A stretch of 64,000 bases of DNA from an uncultured Planctomycetota bacterium (GTDB lineage Bacteria > Planctomycetota > Planctomycetia > Isosphaerales > Isosphaeraceae): the NCBI GenBank assembly GCA_963737655.1, contig CAVTTN010000002.1:2400001-2464000 (forward strand), written 5' to 3'. The number at the start of each line of letters is the position of its first letter. Positions within the stretch are counted from its first letter, which is position 1. Under the pieces are notes generated by a model. That model saw only the letters and a list, made by a program, of their open reading frames with translations. It did no database searches and was not told the DNA's origin. Shown piece after piece: positions 39,801 through 49,982 of the stretch. Made by a program: the position numbers and the translations under genes.

Positions 39801-41869
39801 GGCCGGGCCTTCGCGTCGAGCTTCGCGAGCTCGGCCGAGTCGAACGGCGAGGCCACGGGACGGACGAGGCTATTGTCGTGGACCATCGCCCCGGCCTTCC
39901 CCACGAAGAAATCGTGCCCTCCGGCCACTTCCAGGTTGAAGACCGGCTGAATCCGCTCGGGCCGGACCTCCTGGACCCGGAGGACGCCGGAGACCGTTCG
40001 GACGAGGTCGCCGGTCTTGAGGTCTCGGGCCATCGTCCAGCCGGAGCCGGCCTTCCAGAAGCGGTGAATCCCGGTGGCGACGATCGCGTCGTCCCCCAGG
40101 TCCACGCGGAACGTCGAGGCCGGCGGATTGTGGTAGGCCGCCAGGACGGGCTGGAAGCTCAGGGAGCCGGTCGAGGTGTCGCGGGTCAGGACCACGTCGC
40201 CGACGGTCACGCGTTCGATCGGCTTCGGGCCGACCCGGGTCGTCACCACGGTCCCGGCGGCGAAGCAGCTATGCCTCTCGACGGCATAGCTCGTCGGCCC
40301 GGCGGAGAAGCTGGGGGCGATCGGCTGGGGTTGGTACGCGAGCGGGACGTTCTCGACGATCGTCGGCAGGGGCATCTGGGTCGGCGGGGTGTAGGCGTAG
40401 CCGCGACGGTCGGCGAACCAGGACCGCCACGCCTCGGCGTCGGCGTCGATGTCCTGGCCGGTGGCGTCGCGGAGGGCGCCCACGACCCGATCGTTCGAGG
40501 CGCGGATGCTCTCATTCCCGGCCTGGATCGCCGCCACGTCGGCCTCGAGCTGGCCCTCGGCGACGGCCGCCGCCTTCTGGGTCTCCAGGGCCATCCGGCC
40601 GACGGGGATCGCCTCGATCACCGACTGGTCCTGGAAGATCAGAGGCGAGCCGCCGAACTGCCTGGCGTTCCTCACGACGGTCCGCTCGGCCGTGGCGGCG
40701 TCCGAGGTGTAGAGATTACCCGAGGAAACCGGGAGGGTCGGGCCGGAGGTCTGGTTGTTTGCCGAGAGGTCGGCCCGGGCCTGCTGCCAGGTGATCTCCG
40801 TCTCCGAGTTCATGACCGTTCGGAAGATCGTCGGGAGGCCGTCGGCGCCCGTCCCGAACGTGTCTCCGGGGCGGATCGCGAGGTTCAGCGACGGCGGGGC
40901 GTAGATCCTCTGCCGGTTGAACTGCTCCCCCTCGACGAACAGGGCGCCCGGCGATCCGGGGCCGCCCACGGGCCGGACCTCGTACTTCAAGGGCTTGCGG
41001 ATCAGGTCGATCCAGAGGCTGGCGAACTCCCGGGGGTCGCGGCGGCGGAGGGTCTCGACGGCGGCGGCCCGCGAGCCGGCGGTCGGCCCGTAAATCGCCA
41101 GGACCGCCAGGGCCCGGGACGAATCCGGCGAGGCGATCTGGCCCAGAATCTGGACCAACCGCGAGGCGTCCCCGTTGCCGAACACGCGGAGGACGCCGGG
41201 CAGGGCCCGGGGGTCGGAGACGCCGGCCAGGGCGGTCTGGGCCCGGTCCTTCTTCCTCGGGTCGTTCAGCTCGGCCCTCATTTTTTCGAGGCGGTTCCGC
41301 CAGTCCCGGTCGGCCTTCTTCTGGGCCTCGGATTCGGCCTTCTCGGCGGCGACCTGGGCGTCGGTGGCCCATCGTCCGCCGACTTTCTTGTAGCCGAGCC
41401 GCTTCCAGGCCGCCTCTCGCGACGGGTCGAGCCGGACGCAGCCGGTGAAGTGGGCGCGGGCCTCGGCGTCCAGCCCGTTCTCCTCGCACCAGATCCCCAG
41501 CTTCCACTGGGCCTCGGCCGTCTCGGGGGTCCTGGCCCTCTTCTCCTGATAGGAGGCGAGGGCGGCGGAGAGCCTGGCGTCGGCCTGGACCTTCTCGGCG
41601 AGATCCTCGGGGCTCCGCCAGGCCCGGCCGTCGGGGACCAGGCCCATCAGACCCCGGATCGCCGCGCTGGAGGGGTCGGCCATCGCCGCCAGGGCGAGGT
41701 GTTCGGCCTTCTCGGCGGTCAGCCCGTGGCCCTCGCACCAGAGGGCCAGCTTCGTCTGGCTGACGGCGTCGCGTCCGGCCTCGGCGCGGGCCTTCCGATA
41801 GGATGCCAAATCGTCGGCCGACGGCCCGGCCGCGGTCAAGCTCACGCAAACGATCGCCAGCGATAGCAT
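39797..41869 (-). CDS. Secreted helical-repeat protein with a C-terminal Hint (pretoxin/intein-like) domain
   Basis: Signal peptide, two LALWCE/LGIWCE repeats and HEAT-like helices. Hint domain reads SCFAAGT...TGIHRFW...VFNLEV..HDFFVG...VHDNS. Confidence 0.9.
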   Translation of the reverse strand: MLSLAIVCVSLTAAGPSADDLASYRKARAEAGRDAVSQTKLALWCEGHGLTAEKAEHLALAAMADPSSAAIRGLMGLVPDGRAWRSPEDLAEKVQADARLSAALASYQEKRARTPETAEAQWKLGIWCEENGLDAEARAHFTGCVRLDPSREAAWKRLGYKKVGGRWATDAQVAAEKAESEAQKKADRDWRNRLEKMRAELNDPRKKDRAQTALAGVSDPRALPGVLRVFGNGDASRLVQILGQIASPDSSRALAVLAIYGPTAGSRAAAVETLRRRDPREFASLWIDLIRKPLKYEVRPVGGPGSPGALFVEGEQFNRQRIYAPPSLNLAIRPGDTFGTGADGLPTIFRTVMNSETEITWQQARADLSANNQTSGPTLPVSSGNLYTSDAATAERTVVRNARQFGGSPLIFQDQSVIEAIPVGRMALETQKAAAVAEGQLEADVAAIQAGNESIRASNDRVVGALRDATGQDIDADAEAWRSWFADRRGYAYTPPTQMPLPTIVENVPLAYQPQPIAPSFSAGPTSYAVERHSCFAAGTVVTTRVGPKPIERVTVGDVVLTRDTSTGSLSFQPVLAAYHNPPASTFRVDLGDDAIVATGIHRFWKAGSGWTMARDLKTGDLVRTVSGVLRVQEVRPERIQPVFNLEVAGGHDFFVGKAGAMVHDNSLVRPVASPFDSAELAKLDAKARP

Positions 41870-41993
41870 GATCCGATCCCCTCGCCCGATTGCCGATCCG
41901 AGGCCCCCCGGCTCGCCGCCGGTCGCCTCCGACCCTACCATAGATACCGCAGAACACGCGATCTTCGACCCAGAAAAACGGCGAGGCCCCGCC

Positions 41994-42569
41994 ATGACCG
42001 ACCAATCGCCCCGCCTGACGCTCCTCCAGAGGAGGGAGATCGAGGCGAAAATCGTCGCCCCCCTGGTCCGGGCGACGATCGAGGAGATCGGCCGGGATCG
42101 CGCCCTGGAGCTGCTTCGGAGGGTCATTTCCGACCTGGCGAGGGAGTCCGGGGCGGCGATGGCCCGCGAGTTCGCGGACGCCTCGCTCGTCGCCTTCGCC
42201 GCCGGGCTCGACCGCTGGAAGGAAGGCGGGGCCCTGGAAATCGAGACCCTGGCCCAGGCCCCCGAACGGCTCGACTTCAACGTCACCCGCTGCCGATACG
42301 CCGAGATGTACCGCGCCCTGGGCCTGGCCGACCTCGGCGGAAGTCTGTCGTGCCAGAGGGATTTCGCACTGATCGAGGGGTTCAACCCCGACGTCGAGCT
42401 GACGAGGACTCAGACGATCATGGAAGGCGCCCCGTTCTGCGACTTCCGGTTCCGGGCGAAGCCGACCGGCCAGGGCGGATCGGCCCTGTCCCCCGATCGC
42501 GCGAATTCCTATACTGGTCCCGATCCCGAGGAGTCCTCTCCGGCGCCCCTTCGACGGACCGACCCATGA
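41994..42569 (+). CDS. L-2-amino-thiazoline-4-carboxylic acid hydrolase-like protein
   Basis: LLQRREIEA, FNVTRCRYAEMY, SCQRD and LTRTQTIMEGAPFCDFRF. Confidence 0.88.
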   Translation: MTDQSPRLTLLQRREIEAKIVAPLVRATIEEIGRDRALELLRRVISDLARESGAAMAREFADASLVAFAAGLDRWKEGGALEIETLAQAPERLDFNVTRCRYAEMYRALGLADLGGSLSCQRDFALIEGFNPDVELTRTQTIMEGAPFCDFRFRAKPTGQGGSALSPDRANSYTGPDPEESSPAPLRRTDP

Positions 42570-44083
42570 GCGACGCCGAGGCCGTGGCCGCACCGACCCG
42601 CAAGGCCCCGCCCAAACCTCATGTGGTGATCGTCGGCGGGGGTCTCGCCGGCCTGGCGACCGCCGCGAGCCTGGTCGATCGCGGGCTGCGGATCACCCTG
42701 ATCGAGAGCCGCCCCCGATTGGGCGGCCGGGCCGGCTCGTTCACCGACCCGGCCACCGGCGAGCTGGTCGATAATTGCCAGCACGTGAGCATGACCTGCT
42801 GCACGAACCTCGCCGATTTCTGCGAGCGAGTCGGCACTCGCGAGCTGTTCCGGGCCGTCCCGGAGGTCGTCTTCCTGGGCGAGGACGGCCGGGCCTCGAC
42901 CCTGAAGGCCGGCCCCCTGCCCGCCCCGTTCCACCTCGCCGGCAGCTTCCTCGGCGCGAAGTATCTCACCTTCGCCGAGAGGCTGAGAGTCGCCTTCGGC
43001 CTGGCGTGCTTGCGGTTCGCCCGGCCCGATCCGAACGACCCCGAGCCGTTCGAACGCTGGCTCCTCCGCCACGGCCAGACGCCTCGGACCGTCGATCGCT
43101 ACTGGGGGACCGTCCTGATCTCGGCCCTGAACGAACGGCTCGACCGGATGGACCTGGGCCATGCCCGCAAGGTCTTCCTCGACGGGTTCCTCCGCAACCG
43201 CGAGGGGTTCACGATGGAAGTGCCGCTCGTCCCCCTGGGCGAGCTTTACGGGACGAGGCTGGAGACGTGGCTGGCGTCCAGGGACGTCGAGGTCCGGCTG
43301 ACCTCGGGCGTCCGCTCGGTGGCGATCGACGACGAGGGTGCGGTGGTCGGCGTGACGATGCGATCGGGCGAGGTCCTGGACGCGGATTTCGTCGTGCTGG
43401 CCGTCCCCTTCGATCGCGTCCGCGGGATGATCCCCGAGGATCACCGCGAATTGCTGCCGTCCCTGGAGCCCCTGGAGAGGATGGCCGCGTCGCCGATCAC
43501 CGGCGTCCACCTCTGGTTCGATCGCGAGGTCTGCCCTCTGGAGCATGCCGTCACGGTGGGCAAGACGGTCCAGTGGGTCTTCAACCACTCGGCGCTCCAG
43601 GGCCGCCGGGCGCCGGAAGGCGGCGGCCAGTACCTTCAACTCGTCGTGAGCGCGGCGTATGACCTCGTGGCGAAGGACAAGGCGGCGATCCTGGAGATCG
43701 CCCTGGCCGATCTCGCGTCGCTCTGGCCGGCGGCCCGCGAGGCGACGCTGTTGCGATGGTGGGTCGTCACCGAGCATGGGGCGACGTTCGCCGTGCGTCC
43801 CGGCGTCGAGGCGCTCCGGCCGTCGCAGAGGACGCCGGTGGAGGGCCTGTTTCTGGCGGGAGACTGGACGTCCACCGGCTGGCCCGCGACGATGGAAGGG
43901 GCGGTACGATCGGGCTACCTCGCGGCCGAGGGCGTCCTCGCCGACCTCGGCCGACCCGAGCCCCTGTTGAAGTCGGATTTGCCCGACGGCCGGCTCGCCC
44001 GGGTCCTGCTCGGCCCGCCCTCGCCGGGTCGGCCCCGACCGCCCATGCCATTCTTCCCGCAGGTCCGAGCGACGGCCGAGTGA
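42566..44083 (+). CDS. hpnE: Hydroxysqualene dehydroxylase (FAD-dependent, hopanoid pathway)
   Basis: VIVGGGLAGL, LGGRAGSF, DNCQHV, EHGATF and LAGDWT.TGWPATMEGAVRSG. Confidence 0.88.
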   Translation: MSDAEAVAAPTRKAPPKPHVVIVGGGLAGLATAASLVDRGLRITLIESRPRLGGRAGSFTDPATGELVDNCQHVSMTCCTNLADFCERVGTRELFRAVPEVVFLGEDGRASTLKAGPLPAPFHLAGSFLGAKYLTFAERLRVAFGLACLRFARPDPNDPEPFERWLLRHGQTPRTVDRYWGTVLISALNERLDRMDLGHARKVFLDGFLRNREGFTMEVPLVPLGELYGTRLETWLASRDVEVRLTSGVRSVAIDDEGAVVGVTMRSGEVLDADFVVLAVPFDRVRGMIPEDHRELLPSLEPLERMAASPITGVHLWFDREVCPLEHAVTVGKTVQWVFNHSALQGRRAPEGGGQYLQLVVSAAYDLVAKDKAAILEIALADLASLWPAAREATLLRWWVVTEHGATFAVRPGVEALRPSQRTPVEGLFLAGDWTSTGWPATMEGAVRSGYLAAEGVLADLGRPEPLLKSDLPDGRLARVLLGPPSPGRPRPPMPFFPQVRATAE

Positions 44084-44113
44084 CGCCGGAGGTCGGCTCC
44101 TTGGGACCGCGCG

Positions 44114-46015
44114 TCAATCCGCGTTGAGGGGCGACATCGCCGGCAGAGGGCGCACGGCGATCTCTTCCACGGCGGCTTTCGCGGGGACGGGCGGCTCCTC
44201 GTCGTCCCGGTCGAAGCTCGGGCGCTCGGCGATCCGGGCGAATCGGGCGAAGGTGCCCATGGTGAGGATCGCCGCGAGGATCGCGTAGAGGATCCCGCCG
44301 AGGACCACCGTGGGGATCGGCTGATCGAGCCAGATCTTGGGGTCATTCGCCGTGGTCCCGGCCTGGAACAGGTCGAACCGGCGGAAATCGATGTCCGACA
44401 ACAGCGAATGGTACAGGTCGAACGGCATGAGCCCGACGTGGAAAATCGTCGGGGCCCGGCCCTGAAAGATCAGGGCGAGCACGACCTGATAGCCCACGTT
44501 GACGAACATCAAGATCCCCACGGCGACGGTCAACGACTTGCTGGTCGATCCGGAATTCAGCGAACTCCGCATCCCCAGGGCCGAGGCGAACCAGAGGAAA
44601 ATCGCCAGCTCCAGAATGGCCGAGGCCAGGCCCATCGGGTGGATCGATCCGGCGATCACCCCGCAGACCCAGACGATCAACAGGGTCAGCCCCAGCCAGC
44701 GGAACCGGAGGATCGCGCCGAGCATCTTGGCCCGGAGGATCTCCTTGCCCTCCACGGTCGTCGAAAGGAGGGTGATCCACGTGTCGTCCTCGCGCTCGCC
44801 GGAGATCGAGCCGGCGGCCGTCGCGGTGGTCCCGAGGATCCAGAACCCGCCGATCCAGGCGGTCATCGTCTGGATCAGGCTGTGGAACATCATCCGGTTG
44901 GGGTGAGTCGGCGGGATGGCGGGCACGCTGATTCCCCAAGGAGAGCTCTCGGGGTTGAGTTCCAGGGTGTAGCCGTTTTGCCAGAGCTCCCACAGGGCCG
45001 ATCGGCCCCACTCGAAGACCAGGCAGCCCACCAGGACCGCCCAGAACATGTTGTGCAACAGGCCCACGACCTTCATGACGCCGCCGGCTCGCGAGGTGTG
45101 CCGCTCCTTCCACAGCATGGCGTCGTCGCCGCACTCGGGCCGGGCGATGGCCCGCCATCGCCACTGTCCGTTCTTGTCGATCCTCAGCATCTGCTTGGGG
45201 CGATGCTCGGACTTCGCCGCCAGGGGGCGGAGCTTCCACGTGGCCCAGAGCAGGCAGGCGAGCCCGCAGACCCACTGGATCGCCAGGGGACGAACCAGGG
45301 GCCACATCGAGCCGAACCCGGAGCGGTCCAGGATCATCAGGTCCCGGTTGCTGGGGGTCGGATTCAGCCATTCCACGAACGGGGCCAGCGGTTCCAGGAT
45401 CGGGAAGAGGCCGACGAACATCTGGGCCAGGGCCGGCGCCAGGCCGATGGCGACCAGGACGAAGTAGGTCGCGATGATCGCCGTCCGGGCCCTCCGGGCC
45501 AGCGTGGAGGCGAGGATCGACAGGCTCGCCACGAAGAACGCGACGGACAGCGCCACGGCGTAGGAGCCGAGGATCAGCACGAAATCCACACCGCCGAACA
45601 TCCGGAGCAAGAACAGGATCGGCACGCCGGCGGTCAGGAACGTCAGGAGCAGCAAGAGCCTGGCCAGGAGCTTGCCGACGACGATCTCCCACGACGTGAC
45701 CTGGCTGGCCAGCAGGTAATGGAGCGTCTTCCTCTGCTTCTCGCTGGCGATCGTCCCGGCGACCATCGCCGGGGTCAGCACCAGGACGGCCAGCACCTGG
45801 ACGATCGCGAACCAGGCGAACAGACGACGCGTGAACATCGCCATCTCGCCCGGCGTGAACACCGTCGAATTGGGCCCGAACACGGACCTCATCGATTCGT
45901 AGCTCGTCCAGACGACGAACAACAGCGCCATCCCGTAGACGACCCGGAGCGCGTAATAGCGGGCGCGTCGGGCGGTCGTCAGCATCTCGGCGGCGAACAC
46001 CGGGCCGGGAAACAT
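44114..46015 (-). CDS. ABC-2-type transporter permease (two-repeat planctomycete form)
   Basis: TPAMVAGTIASEKQRKTLHYLL...IVVGKL and a second repeat ISGEREDDTW..LL.T...I..AK. Confidence 0.85.
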   Translation of the reverse strand: MFPGPVFAAEMLTTARRARYYALRVVYGMALLFVVWTSYESMRSVFGPNSTVFTPGEMAMFTRRLFAWFAIVQVLAVLVLTPAMVAGTIASEKQRKTLHYLLASQVTSWEIVVGKLLARLLLLLTFLTAGVPILFLLRMFGGVDFVLILGSYAVALSVAFFVASLSILASTLARRARTAIIATYFVLVAIGLAPALAQMFVGLFPILEPLAPFVEWLNPTPSNRDLMILDRSGFGSMWPLVRPLAIQWVCGLACLLWATWKLRPLAAKSEHRPKQMLRIDKNGQWRWRAIARPECGDDAMLWKERHTSRAGGVMKVVGLLHNMFWAVLVGCLVFEWGRSALWELWQNGYTLELNPESSPWGISVPAIPPTHPNRMMFHSLIQTMTAWIGGFWILGTTATAAGSISGEREDDTWITLLSTTVEGKEILRAKMLGAILRFRWLGLTLLIVWVCGVIAGSIHPMGLASAILELAIFLWFASALGMRSSLNSGSTSKSLTVAVGILMFVNVGYQVVLALIFQGRAPTIFHVGLMPFDLYHSLLSDIDFRRFDLFQAGTTANDPKIWLDQPIPTVVLGGILYAILAAILTMGTFARFARIAERPSFDRDDEEPPVPAKAAVEEIAVRPLPAMSPLNAD

Positions 46016-46135
46016 GGCGCGTCCTCGACTCGTCTCGGTGTGATCGGGCGAAGTCCCTGCTCGACGATTCGCCCGAGGCGAGGAGATATTAACGAATTCG
46101 GAGGAAAAAAGGGAGGCCCTCGATCCGGCGAGGGG

Positions 46136-47981
46136 TCAATCCAGGTCGGGGGTCTTGCTCTCGGGCGGCAGGGGCTTGGCCGGGGGTCGGGGAGCCGGCG
46201 GGTTCCAATCGCGGCGGGGGCGGTCGGCGGCGACGTCGAACTGGGTGATCGCCCCGGCGACCAGGAAGAAGGCGGCGATCCCGTAGCCCAGCGTGCCGAG
46301 GATGCACGCCAGGACCAGCTCGCCCAGGTCGCGACTGGGGCTGTTCAGGGCCGCGTCTGACGTCCCGAACACGCTGGCCACCTCCCACGGGCTCGATCAG
46401 CGAGACCGCCTCGATGAACGGCGTGACCCCGGCGAAGATGGCGATCGTCGGCCGGTTGGAGAAGAACACCGGGCAGCAGCACATCAGGTAGCCGCCGTTG
46501 AGGACGAGCAGGACGCCGATCGTCGTGACCTGCGACCGCCACGTCGATTTCGCCCGGATCGAGAAGTACGTCCCCATCGCCGCGCCGAACCCCAGGAACG
46601 CCGCGAGCTCGACCGCCTCGAACAGCACGCCCAACGGGTGGACGGCCCCGCAGACCATCCCGATCAGCCACAGGACCGCGGCGAGGATCAGCGCGTGGCG
46701 GACCTTCCACAACACCCCGAAAAATTTCGGGAGGACGATATCCGAGGCTTCCAGAGGGGTCGAGACCAGGCTGATCCAGGTGTCGTCCTCGCGCTCGGAG
46801 GTCATCGAGTTGGCGCCTCCGACGCCCACCGCCAGGAGGCAGACGGTGCCGATGGCGGTGGTCAGGAAGCGGAGGAAGGCGTTGAAGTTGGCGCGATCCG
46901 AGCCCAGGACGTCGTACCGCATCGACGCCAGCTCATTGAAGCTGTCTCGGGCGTAGAAGAAGGTCCAGTAGGCCACCGCCGAGACGACCACGAGCGAGAC
47001 GATCATGCCGATCACCTGGGCCGTCCCGCTGGTCCGCGACGTGTGGAGCTCCTTCCAGATCATCGCCTCGTCCCCCACGGGCCGGCGGGCGAACAGGCGG
47101 AGCCGGGATTTCGTGCCCCCGCCGAACGTGAACCCCAGGAGCCGGAACCCCTTGGACCCTTCCTGGGCCTGGAACACCGGCCGGAGCCTCCAGACCGCCA
47201 GGCCCAGGAGGACCACGCCGGCGGCGACCTGGAGGACGACCATCCAGAACGTCGCCCGGACGACCGGCTCGACCCCCGAGACCAGGATCGATCCGCTAAG
47301 GGCGGTCATCGGTCCCCAGGGGGTGCTGGCCATCAGCCAGTCGTTCACGGGCTGGACGAATTCGTAGAGCGTCGGATACGTCATCGGCATGGTGCCGAGG
47401 ATCAGCGGAGGCAGGAGCAGCCAGACGATCTCCAGGGCGTAGGTCGCCGAGATCGCCTCGCGGACCCTCTTGCTGACCGTCGAGCACAGGACCGACAGCG
47501 AGGCGAGGAAGAAGGCGCAGGACATCGTCCCGGCCGCCGACAGGAGCACATATTTGGGATCGACCCCGCCGAAGAGGCTCAGGATGCTGAGGATCGGCAG
47601 CCCCACGGCCAGGAACACCCCGGCATGGAGCATCCGGGCCAGGAGCTTCCCCAGGACGATCTCCGAGCTGCTGAGCCGGCTGGCCAGGAGGTAGTGGAGC
47701 GTCTTCCTCTGCTTCTCGTTGGCGATCACCCCGGCGACCAGGGCGGGCGTCATGAAGACGATCAGGCCGCCTTGCAGGGCCACGAGCGAGCCGAACGTGG
47801 TCCAGGCGAAGGCCCGGAGCATCTCCGGGCTCATCTCCACGCCGCGGCCGCGATCCCATCCGCTATAGTTGATCCACACGAGGATCAGGAGGGCCAGGCC
47901 GTAGACGACGCGGAAGGCATAGTAGCGAGGCCGCCGCGACGTCGTCAGCAGCTCGACGTTGAAGACCGGTCCTGGCAGCAT
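46136..47981 (-). CDS. ABC-2-type transporter permease paralog; frameshift near 46390
   Basis: Same motifs as the neighbouring permease. The final TM (LVLACILGTLGYGIAAFFL...FDVAADRP) lies in ORF 46136..46381. Confidence 0.85.
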
Positions 47982-48182
47982 TCGGGGTCATCCCTCGGGC
48001 CGGAGCGATCGGCTCCCGGGCTCGGCCGTCCACCTTACGCCAGCGGCCCGAGGAAACCAACCGGGAGCCGATCGGCCCCGGGAAATGCTCGACCGGGTCC
48101 GGGGACCGGAAAGGAACGAGGCCGGACCCGATCGGATCGGGGCCGGCCTCGAAGGGTTCGTTGTCGCGAGGGGATCGCTCGC

Positions 48183-48629
48183 TCAATAGCGACCGCCGCC
48201 GTAGCCGCCACCGCCGCCGCGGCTCCCGCCGCCGCCGCCGTAGCCGCCCCGGCCGCCGCCACCGCCGCCGTAGCCGCCGCCACCACCGTAGCCGCCGCCA
48301 CCGCCGCCGTAGCCACCGCCGCCGCCGCCGTAGCCGCCGCCCCGGCCGCCCCGGCCGCCTCCGCCGCCACCGCCGCGATCCTCACGGGGGCGGGCCTCGT
48401 TGACCGTCAGGTTCCGTCCCCGGAAATCCTGACCGTTGAGCTGGTTCGCCGCCTCGTCGGCCGCCTGACCGTCGGCCATCTCCACGAAACCGAATCCCTT
48501 GGACCGGTTCGTGTCGCGGTCGATGATGATCTGCGCCGAAAGGACCTCGCCGAACTCGCTGAACAGCTCCACCAGGTTGTCTTCGGTCGTGTCGTAGGTC
48601 AGGTTACCGACATACAGCTTCTTGGCCAC
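48183..48629 (-). CDS. Glycine-rich RRM RNA-binding protein
   Basis: RNP2 LYVGNL, RNP1 KGFGFVEM, VNEARPRE and a GGGY-repeat tail. Confidence 0.97.
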   Translation of the reverse strand: MAKKLYVGNLTYDTTEDNLVELFSEFGEVLSAQIIIDRDTNRSKGFGFVEMADGQAADEAANQLNGQDFRGRNLTVNEARPREDRGGGGGGGRGGRGGGYGGGGGGYGGGGGGYGGGGGYGGGGGGRGGYGGGGGSRGGGGGYGGGRY

Positions 48630-48764
48630 TGCGAATCCCTCTGCGTGCGAAATGGGCGTTCTGGCGAGGCTAGCGTCCTGACGGCTAATGGGAACCCGCC
48701 CAGAGCGGCAGACATTAGCCTACCGTTTCCCGCCGGTTTGAACAGCGGAACTTCGTCGAAATTT

Positions 48765-49982
48765 TCATTTTTCCGAATTTTTTTCCGACCTCGATTTGAC
48801 CGGGTTTCGGGCCGTCGCGGCGATCAAGGCCAGGGCCGGGACGACCGGCGCCCTCATCCGCAAATCGGTCCAGAAGACCGAGTGGACCAGGCTCAACGCC
48901 ACCACGACCGCCGCCGCCGAGGCCCTCGGCCATCGCCACGTCTCGCGTCGAGAAAGGCCCGTCGCCACCAGGGCCCAGAACGGCAAGGTCCACGCCGCGG
49001 AGGCCGCCCTCGTCGCCTCGCCGTACACTTTCCCCGACGGCGCCAGGCCCCAGAATCGGCCCAGTCGGGCGAGCGAGGCCCGGAGGAAGTCCTTCGGCCT
49101 CTCCCGGAGCATCCGCAGCCCTTCGGACCGGAGGATCCGGTCGGCCTCGGGCTCGGGAAGGCCGCGGGTCCGTCGGCTGATTTCCAGCTCCCAGGCCCTC
49201 TGCCCCGGGCCCGACCAGACCGCTCCCGGAGGTCCATTCAACACGTCCCGATAATAATATTCATTGTTGGCCAGAGCCAGCGTGTAGCCGCCGTGGGTCG
49301 TGGTGGCGATCGGCTCGCCCAAGACGAACCAGTTGCGGATCGCCCACGGCGCGAGGACCGCGGCGATCGTCGCGGCCATCGCGGCCGATCTCGCGAGACG
49401 GTCGCGAACCGGCTGGCGACCCGTCGAGGCCGAGAAGACGATCGCCAAGGCCGCGCCGGCCAGGGTGCTCGGCCGACACAGCCCGGCCAGGCCGAACCCG
49501 ACGCCCCCGAGGACGCCGCCGGTCCATCCCGGCCTCGCCGAACCGGCCAGGGCGACGGCCAGGAGGAACGCCGCGAAGGTCTCCGTCATGACCGATCGCG
49601 ACTGGACCACGAGGACCGGATCGACCGCCACGAGCATCATGCAAAGGAGCACCCGACGATCCGAGAGCCCCCACGCCCGCCCCGCCAGGCCCGAGGCCGC
49701 GACGGTCCCCACCCCGAAACACAGGTGGAGGACCGCGATTCCCGAGGTGAACGTCCCGCCCGCGTTTCCCGGCAGGATCAGGGGATAGAGCGGAGGTCGA
49801 TAGGCCGTCGGCTTCCCCAGGATCTCGAAGCCCCGGCCGTCGGCGAGCGTCTTCGCCAGGGGGAGGTAATTGTCGGGGTCGTCGGCCGGGCGGCCGATTC
49901 GGGGCAGGATCACCGCGAGCCTCAGCGCGAAGGCGATCAGGAGGACGGCCGCCGTCGCCATCCTCAGGCGATGGGCAGTCAC
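48765..49982 (-). CDS. GT39/ArnT-like (PMT-type) membrane glycosyltransferase
   Basis: DDPDNY, TAYRPPLYP, MTETF, LCRP and PWAIRNW, multiple TMs. GTG start overlaps the rhomboid stop. Confidence 0.85.
   Translation of the reverse strand: MTAHRLRMATAAVLLIAFALRLAVILPRIGRPADDPDNYLPLAKTLADGRGFEILGKPTAYRPPLYPLILPGNAGGTFTSGIAVLHLCFGVGTVAASGLAGRAWGLSDRRVLLCMMLVAVDPVLVVQSRSVMTETFAAFLLAVALAGSARPGWTGGVLGGVGFGLAGLCRPSTLAGAALAIVFSASTGRQPVRDRLARSAAMAATIAAVLAPWAIRNWFVLGEPIATTTHGGYTLALANNEYYYRDVLNGPPGAVWSGPGQRAWELEISRRTRGLPEPEADRILRSEGLRMLRERPKDFLRASLARLGRFWGLAPSGKVYGEATRAASAAWTLPFWALVATGLSRRETWRWPRASAAAVVVALSLVHSVFWTDLRMRAPVVPALALIAATARNPVKSRSEKNSEK

Noticed and set aside
44114..47981. Tandem ABC permease paralogs without an ATPase
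   Set aside because: Paralog expansion of this permease type appears ordinary in planctomycetes, and the ATPase may be encoded elsewhere.
48190..48375. (GCC)n/GTA tandem repeats
   Set aside because: They encode the GGGY tail of the RRM protein and are not a CRISPR array or independent repeat.
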